In this document: positions 59,401 through 64,000 of the stretch, in pieces
How the letters are laid out: each line of letters begins with the position of its first letter
Numbering within the stretch: position 1 is the stretch's first letter
NCBI RefSeq assembly: GCF_037042905.1
Contig: NC_087250.1
Coordinates: 7,876,001-7,940,000, forward strand
Direction of reading: 5' to 3'
Source: Lytechinus pictus
Lineage: Eukaryota
DNA length: 64,000 bases
The notes under the pieces: generated by a model
Told to the model about the DNA's origin: nothing
Database searches by the model: none
Seen by the model: the letters and a program-made list of their open reading frames with translations, nothing else
Translations under genes and position numbers: made by a program

Positions 59401-59990
59401 ACATTCCAAGCCGATCGGAACACCCCTATGGTGGAATGGATGAGTCCATTCTGAAGCAGGGGCAGTGTGTTGAAATGGAGCATTCCAAAGAAGGTGCAGG
59501 CATTCAGAGGGGAGAAGGTGAGGGGATGACTGAAGGAGGGAAAGGAGAAAGGGAAATTCCTATGGATGTTGAGGATGAGGCGGTCGAAACGAGTAAGCCT
59601 ACACCAATGGAGGTGGACGCCTCTGATCAACCCATGCCAGAACCTTTCAACCAATCACAGACAGCTTCTCTGGTGGCTGAGCTACGGAGGTCTACGACGG
59701 AACCCGTGATTGGTGCAATATCGCAAGAGGCGGCAATAAACAGGACAGCCTCTGAACCCAGTTCGCAGCTCCCTCCCAACATCACCGCTGAGCTACCTGC
59801 CAGTAGCTCCTCTCAGGGAGCAACGAATACAAACCCATCTCAAGGAGACATCAATCTATCGGACTCTGTGATTGGTTCTGAGGGGAAAGACAATAGAGAG
59901 ATAGCCAATGAGGATTGTTCTTATGTTTCCAGGAGACTAGGTCCTGGCTACACAGTGCTTGTAAAGAGAGAAGATGAAGACAAATCATAA
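41566..59990 (+). CDS. VCPIP1: Deubiquitinating protein VCIP135 (OTU + UBX-like), whole spliced CDS, 15 coding exons, 3822 nt, 1273 aa
   Basis: Signature motifs DGDGHCLVH.SRALVGRELFWHALR, AWSSSGRNH, CGHKHFWDG.EYDN, KH.PGEFG.E.LVQKVV, LHKEEL.MS, QRIKYGFPPKEL, DGKHC, DRLELC; all 14 introns GT-AG and phase-consistent. Confidence 0.95.
43043..43171 (+). CDS. VCPIP1: VCPIP1 coding exon 2 (OTU His: WSSSGRNHF)
   Basis: gtgtag| ... aaag|gtaagt, phase 1 to 1. Confidence 0.9.
44189..44319 (+). CDS. VCPIP1: VCPIP1 coding exon 3 (RPLPRLPRWMLSKAWG...VGGDRALT)
   Basis: catcag| ... acc|gtaagt, phase 1 to 0. Confidence 0.9.
45481..45592 (+). CDS. VCPIP1: VCPIP1 coding exon 4 (ENYVQRLVTAME...KHGVHPSLVSDV)
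   Basis: atgtag| ... acag|gtatga, phase 0 to 1. Confidence 0.9.
46279..46757 (+). repeat. 115-bp tandem repeat x4 derived from VCPIP1 exon 5
   Basis: atggct at 46279, 46394, 46509, 46624, 46739; unit aligns to 46885-46998. Confidence 0.92.
46812..47039 (+). CDS. VCPIP1: VCPIP1 coding exon 5 (LYRCLICSAV)
   Basis: tacag| ... caag|gtaata, phase 1 to 1. Confidence 0.9.
47631..47718 (+). CDS. VCPIP1: VCPIP1 coding exon 6 (CTYDASSDELIPD...CPWCK)
   Basis: caacag| ... aagg|gttagt, phase 1 to 2. Confidence 0.85.
47966..48205 (-). mobile_element. LINE ORF2 C-terminal fragment (CR1/L2-like)
   Basis: RGH...WNILPATTVN..SVASFK motif typical of non-LTR ORF2 ends. Confidence 0.6.
48795..48912 (+). mobile_element. 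LINE reverse-transcriptase fragment
   Basis: LNKRTQYVCVN...YGVPQGSVLGPLLFLLF; second fragment GVPQGCVLSSMLFTYYT at ~48490-48555. Confidence 0.75.
49059..49202 (+). CDS. VCPIP1: VCPIP1 coding exon 7 (DGSIVYMNGDRT...CGHKHFWDG)
   Basis: ttctag| ... aat|gtaagt, phase 2 to 2. Confidence 0.9.
49961..50150 (+). CDS. VCPIP1: VCPIP1 coding exon 8 (WFQNE...KHYPGEFG)
   Basis: cgtag| ... aat|gtaaga, phase 2 to 0. Confidence 0.9.
50552..50846 (+). mobile_element. tRNA-derived SINE nested in a MITE (50397-50895)
   Basis: A-box tggtgtagcgg, B-box gttcgaatcc; host MITE family also at ~7487-7703 and ~50180-50376. Confidence 0.75.
51058..51498. mobile_element. hAT-like MITE
   Basis: TIR tagggctgttatcg / cgataacagcccta; perfect 8-bp TSD gttggaac. 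Confidence 0.9.
52200..52314 (+). CDS. VCPIP1: VCPIP1 coding exon 9 (Ser/Pro-rich linker)
   Basis: cacag| ... ccag|gtaaca, phase 0 to 1, open frame. Confidence 0.75.
52388..52662 (-). mobile_element. tRNA-derived SINE
   Basis: Reverse complement of the 60033 copy. Confidence 0.85.
52994..53124 (+). CDS. VCPIP1: VCPIP1 coding exon 10 (SPSKIILSG)
   Basis: aacag| ... ggg|gtaagt, phase 1 to 0. Confidence 0.85.
53170..53520. repeat. Compound (GAT)n/(AAT)n/(ACT)n microsatellite
   Basis: Direct reading. Confidence 0.95.
53911..54159 (+). CDS. VCPIP1: VCPIP1 coding exon 11 (LHKEELTMSETER...IRIKLSSSDGKH)
   Basis: ttgcag| ... cac|gtaagt, phase 0 to 0. Confidence 0.9.
54391..54744. mobile_element. 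Two adjacent palindromic Harbinger-like MITEs
   Basis: gtttcataaagctgttcgtaagttaagagc ... cttacgaacagctttatgaaac twice; CTG at both outer flanks; third copy at 55150-55321. Confidence 0.8.
55011..55640. mobile_element. Inverted copy of the 4247-4698 MITE carrying a nested palindromic MITE (55150-55321)
   Basis: Direct alignment to the empty copy. Confidence 0.85.
55687..55897 (+). CDS. VCPIP1: VCPIP1 coding exon 12 (UBX-like, QRIKYGFPPKEL)
   Basis: tttcag| ... agag|gtattg, phase 0 to 1. Confidence 0.9.
56588..56716 (+). CDS. VCPIP1: VCPIP1 coding exon 13
   Basis: tttag| ... gatg|gtaagc, phase 1 to 1, open frame. Confidence 0.75.
56755..58078. repeat. Degenerate gagttgaatga(a/c)aggaatgcaat satellite filling VCPIP1 intron 13
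   Basis: ~48-bp units at 56755-57080, shorter units and a ~450-bp duplication (57240 vs 57690) downstream. Confidence 0.85.
58108..58295 (+). CDS. VCPIP1: VCPIP1 coding exon 14 (DLW...LFSRGGLFY...DGKHC)
   Basis: tacag| ... aag|gtaata, phase 1 to 0. Confidence 0.9.
58746..59022 (+). mobile_element. tRNA-derived SINE
   Basis: Same family as the 60033 copy; TAT tail abuts the exon 15 acceptor region. Confidence 0.85.
59058..59990 (+). CDS. VCPIP1: VCPIP1 terminal coding exon 15 (DRLELC, AFAGRGHSL, disordered tail)
   Basis: gacag| phase 0; TAA at 59988-59990. Confidence 0.9.
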   Translation, partial: RFRFSQPNDRLELCLEPLGHFPVSSEVDDLEKFKDVALGQRSLEMSESEVDLEASSSGYVAFAGRGHSLSVDGGATVADGATASRKYPKFGGDCEGDGKQGLEMAMDQVQYEESHIPSRSEHPYGGMDESILKQGQCVEMEHSKEGAGIQRGEGEGMTEGGKGEREIPMDVEDEAVETSKPTPMEVDASDQPMPEPFNQSQTASLVAELRRSTTEPVIGAISQEAAINRTASEPSSQLPPNITAELPASSSSQGATNTNPSQGDINLSDSVIGSEGKDNREIANEDCSYVSRRLGPGYTVLVKREDEDKS

Positions 59991-60032
59991 TGTAGAGAGA
60001 AATGATACATACTTTTATTTAATCCCTGTATT

Positions 60033-60328
60033 TGGGTGCGTCGTGGTCTAGTGGTTCTGATTCTCGCCTTTCAAACAGAGGGTCTTGAGTTTGAATCCTA
60101 GCCATGGCATGTTTCCCTTCAGCAAGAAATTTATCCACACTGTGCTGCACTCGACCCAGGTGAGGTGAATCGGTACCCGGCAGGATTGATTCCTTGCATG
60201 CACTGAGCGCCGGTGATGGTAGCTCGAGCTAAAGCCAGGGTAATAATAGCGAGTACTTAGTATCCTCAGGCAAAAAGCGATATATAAATACAGCTGTTAT
60301 TATTATTGTTATTATTATTATGTTATTA
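60033..60328 (+). mobile_element. tRNA-derived SINE in VCPIP1 3'UTR
   Basis: tggtctagtgg A-box, family body, (TAT)n tail. Confidence 0.85.
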
Positions 60329-61560
60329 TGATTCTGAACTCTGGTTTGATTTCAAATCTTAAGTTGTAGTTTAACTGTGGACAGCCAAATGCATCAACAA
60401 TCAGTAGCAGTACAGATTCATCGCGTCAGCAACTTTGGCGCTCAATTTATTCACGACTGTCTGGGAATAATAACTGAAATAGTTTTCTTCATCATTCAAG
60501 CATGGGGGTCGAACACAGAATACATAAGAAACAAACATTGTAAATTAAATTTTGACACTCTTGGCTTACCATAATTTGAGCACAGAGTTTGATAAAAGTT
60601 TAAATTGAACTGGACTTCAGAAAAATAGCCTATAGGTTCCGCTGCATATATTGTGAGTCGAGCAAACAAATATTAATTCCCTAGAAGATATATCCTTTTA
60701 CTGTGCGGATATAGCCGGATTTGATTCAGTGGTTTTGGGGGGCCTTTCATTGTGCACAAATAATATGGTTCCTAAAGGCCCTGTGACATCGCTCGCATCC
60801 ATCCGGCTTTTTGCGACTAGTCTTTGCTTTCAGTTGGTAGGCATGTAATATAAACATCATTACAGGCACATGACCTTGTAGACAGGCTACATGTAGGTCC
60901 ACCTTTATACATCATATAGCTAATGGTGATACCCATAATTGGAACAAATTTAGATTATCGATAGTAGAATACTGCGAACAATGATACTAATAATTCAATA
61001 ATTTTCAAATGAATTTAATGCATTTTTTTTGGCTAGATATTTTTTGTTACCTTGTCATGGTTGGTACATGCTGTGGATGGGTAAGTGTTTTCCAAGTTAT
61101 GCTTATATTTGGCCAAAAAAATAGCTCAACGATATTTAATCATAATGAGCCGTATATTTTTTAATAATCTATTTTATTTGAGAGTTCATTCCTATAATCC
61201 CCTTTCATGAACACATGATTTGTAGTGTAATGTTTGAACGAAATTGAATGAAAATCTTAAACACATAGGAGTAATGCCAAAAATTTGTTTACAAATTATA
61301 TTTTCCTCCTATTAAAGCCTCTTTATTTACCACACTAATTATGTTACCAAGGAACAAAACAAGTACTTTCTGCTTAAAAAACATTTTAGTTTCTCTGTAT
61401 GAATTAAATTCTAGGCTAATTCATTTTCTGTACATTATGGATGTTTATTTCAAATATTTTTTTAAACTAGACATATATATAACAAACGGGCAACGAAAGA
61501 CCGCACAAAGCATTGGTCAGTTCCCTCCATCTTTAAAAGGCTGCAGGGTTAAAGCACTGG

Positions 61561-61787
61561 CACTGACGGATCGGGGGGGGGGGGGAGGGGATGGGTTGGG
61601 CAAAGCCAGCCCGTGCCCCCCCCTTTGAGAGGCCCAATTAAATTTTACAATGTTAAAATGCTGTTAAAACAGAAATGTGCCCCCCCCTTTTGAAAGTGAA
61701 GACCTTGAGACATTTTTTTTGCTTGTCAGTTTTTCCTCTGGAAAATGTGTCCCCCCCCCCTTGTGGAAAATCCTGGATCCGTCCCTG
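61561..61787. mobile_element. hAT-like MITE
   Basis: cactgacggatc / gatccgtccctg termini; 8-bp TSD agcactgg/agcacagg (1 mismatch). Confidence 0.7.
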
Positions 61788-62153
61788 AGCACAGGTTAAT
61801 AATATTCAAGTCCTATTGAAGCGCAAAAATGTGTTATATTATAATATGATATTTGCTATACAAGGGTTCACAGGAACTGTCTTGTTATTATTATTCACCT
61901 TTTTTTGTTGCTTTTGTGCAATATTTGATGATTGAAATGGTTTTAACTCCTATGTATTTATATACTATGTTCAGTTATTTCCCCCACTTATTTAAAGTTG
62001 TATGTATTTTCATTCAGAAAGATCATATTTTTTTGTATGCATTTAGTTTTAATCTTGGACCATAATTTGATTTGTTTATCTTCCTTTGTGAAACACAAGT
62101 GCTGAGATGTTAAAGGAAAAAGTAATTTTGTCACCCTCATAAGTGCTAAGAAT

Positions 62154-62283
62154 GGGGTGGGGTAGGGTGTGTTTGGGCTGGGGTGGTGGGGGTGTTTTGG
62201 GGTGGGGTGTTGGGGGCTTTGGGGTGGGGTGGTGGGGAGTCTTTTGGGGTGGCGGGGGACTTTTTGGGGTGGGGAAGGTGGGT
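62154..62283. repeat. G-rich (GGGGT-like) low-complexity tract
   Basis: Many G3-G5 runs. Confidence 0.9.
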
Positions 62284-62315
62284 CAAATTTGATTGTAGCA
62301 ATGTTGTCTTACCTG

Positions 62316-62451
62316 GGGCCCATTGCAGAAAGAGTTGCAATCAACCGCAACTCTAAAAGTCACGCGCGCATTTGGGACTTGCGATTGATTTTTTGACTTG
62401 CGATTGATTTTTTGACTTGCGTTTAAATGCAACTCTGTCTGCAACAAGCCC
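62316..62451. mobile_element. Harbinger-like MITE
   Basis: ctg|gggcccattgcagaaagagttgca ... tgcaactctgtctgcaacaagccc|cag. Confidence 0.65.
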
Positions 62452-63037
62452 CAGATTGCAATTTAATATATATTGCAATTCACCAGGGTTGCGGTTGATC
62501 CGATCAATCGCAACTATGGAAAGCCAGCAAAGTCAACATATAAAATGCATGTTCCAGAAAATATCTAGATATGAATGTATATCTATAAATTCATTGATTT
62601 CTAGACAATTTGGTGTGTTCTCCTTTGTTTACGTGGGAGATTTTGCAAATTTCCTGCAGAAAAAATTATGACCCTTATGGATTTCCATAGAGTTACGATT
62701 GATTGGATCAATAATAACTCAAAAAGACGGGGCCCAGAATTTGACAATGTAATTCTATTATGGAATATTTAAGTGTGGGCCTTGGCTTTGCATATTCTCC
62801 TCCTATTTTGATTACATATTCCTATGTTTTTATTTTGGGAGCATTTCAAGAAAGAAATAGTTACTGAGTGTTTGTTATAAGCTACTGAAATCCTTGCATC
62901 TGATTGGCTCAGAGCAAATTTGTCAGTGTAAATCCCTCTCTGAGGCATTTCATGGAACACCTGTACGTGTATATGCAAGCCGCCGAGGAGTCAAGGACCA
63001 AGCCAATTATTGTGGAGAAAAACATGCATGCTTACTA

Positions 63038-63203
63038 CACTTTAAAAAATGAAGTGCTAATTTAGCACTTACAGTGCTTGTATAGTGACTGCACTACGAT
63101 TGCTGAGTTTCTAGTTCAAATTTAAATTAGAAAATCAGCACTCGTAGTGCAGTCACTATACAAGCACTTTAAGTGCTAATTTTGCACTTCACTTTTTACA
63201 GTG
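63038..63203. mobile_element. CACT-terminated palindromic MITE
   Basis: cactttaaaaaatgaagtgc ... gcacttcactttttacagtg; near-perfect hairpin over its whole length. Confidence 0.8.
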
Positions 63204-64000
63204 TACATGTACGATATTCACCTTTATTTCATGATGCTAGATTTAAAGAATTTGTTCTGCAACAAATAACTTGAAATATTAAGTCTGTAAGTCGTCGTTT
63301 CGATGCGAGAACGCCCCAGCGTAACACCACGCTTTCGTGCATCGCATGTGCGGAAAAAAGCCCTTGGCAGCACGCATATAAAGGGCATTGCATAATGGCG
63401 TTTCTGCACCGATGGGGTGCGCAAAAATGTTTTGCCAAGGGTGTTCTTGCATCGACACGACAAAGTTATGTTTATTTCTTTGTTTAATGAATTTGGTCGT
63501 GAAGGCCTATGTACTGTCACCATGTATTGAGGTAAGGTGATATATTTGTATAGTTTGAGAGTGTTAACAGCTTTAATGAATGATATGAAATATAGAAACA
63601 TATACATCGATATGCCTGATTTGTATTTTTTTGTTTTGTTATAGCTAGTGGAATTTAGTGGCATAAGCCTGTATTCTGAAATCTAGTTTAAGTTAATCCA
63701 TGGTCTAAATTTTGGCTAAAACCATGGAAAGCTGAAATATCAAAATTTGTTTACATTATGGCCTATATTCTCAAGATGATTCAAAATTGTACCATTGAAC
63801 AGAACCATGGATTGTACAAATTTCTCATATTATCCCGCTTCCCTTTAGCGCCCTTTGTCAAAGTGTAGCACGGGTCCGTTTTGGGTGGGGGAGGATCTTT
63901 TACTTTACAATAACAACAGCGCAGCGGAAGGATTTGAAACAAAGAATCCCCACCCTGTCCGTCTACGGAGGTAGAACTTAAATATAACTATATGGTTGTA

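Overview
AT-rich, repeat-dense eukaryotic (animal) DNA, not prokaryotic; the repeat types and gene content suggest an invertebrate deuterostome such as a sea urchin (inference). There are three protein-coding loci, all on +. (1) The last three exons of an acidic gene, possibly LIMA1/Xin-like (1302-4843). (2) An intronless type II membrane beta-1,3-glycosyltransferase with two tandem GT31 domains, the first lacking the catalytic DxD motif (12492-14480). (3) A complete VCPIP1/VCIP135 OTU deubiquitinase, assembled by hand from 15 GT-AG coding exons (41566-59990, 1273 aa). The rest is MITEs (Kolobok-like TTAA, hAT with 8-bp TSDs, Harbinger-like CWG, CACT), tRNA-derived SINEs, LINE fragments and micro/minisatellites. 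The most unusual observations are: (a) a TGT...ACA foldback element whose ~200-bp inverted arms each carry a 72-nt tRNA cloverleaf with a UCA anticodon and an oligo-T terminator, nested several levels deep in other transposons; (b) recurrent degenerate copies ('echoes') of exon boundaries spreading into adjacent introns or the 3'UTR at six sites in VCPIP1 and one in the glycosyltransferase; (c) a 3-kb foldback element with minisatellite arms and a perfect 9-bp TSD. Coordinates were read by eye; repeat boundaries are approximate unless a TSD is quoted.
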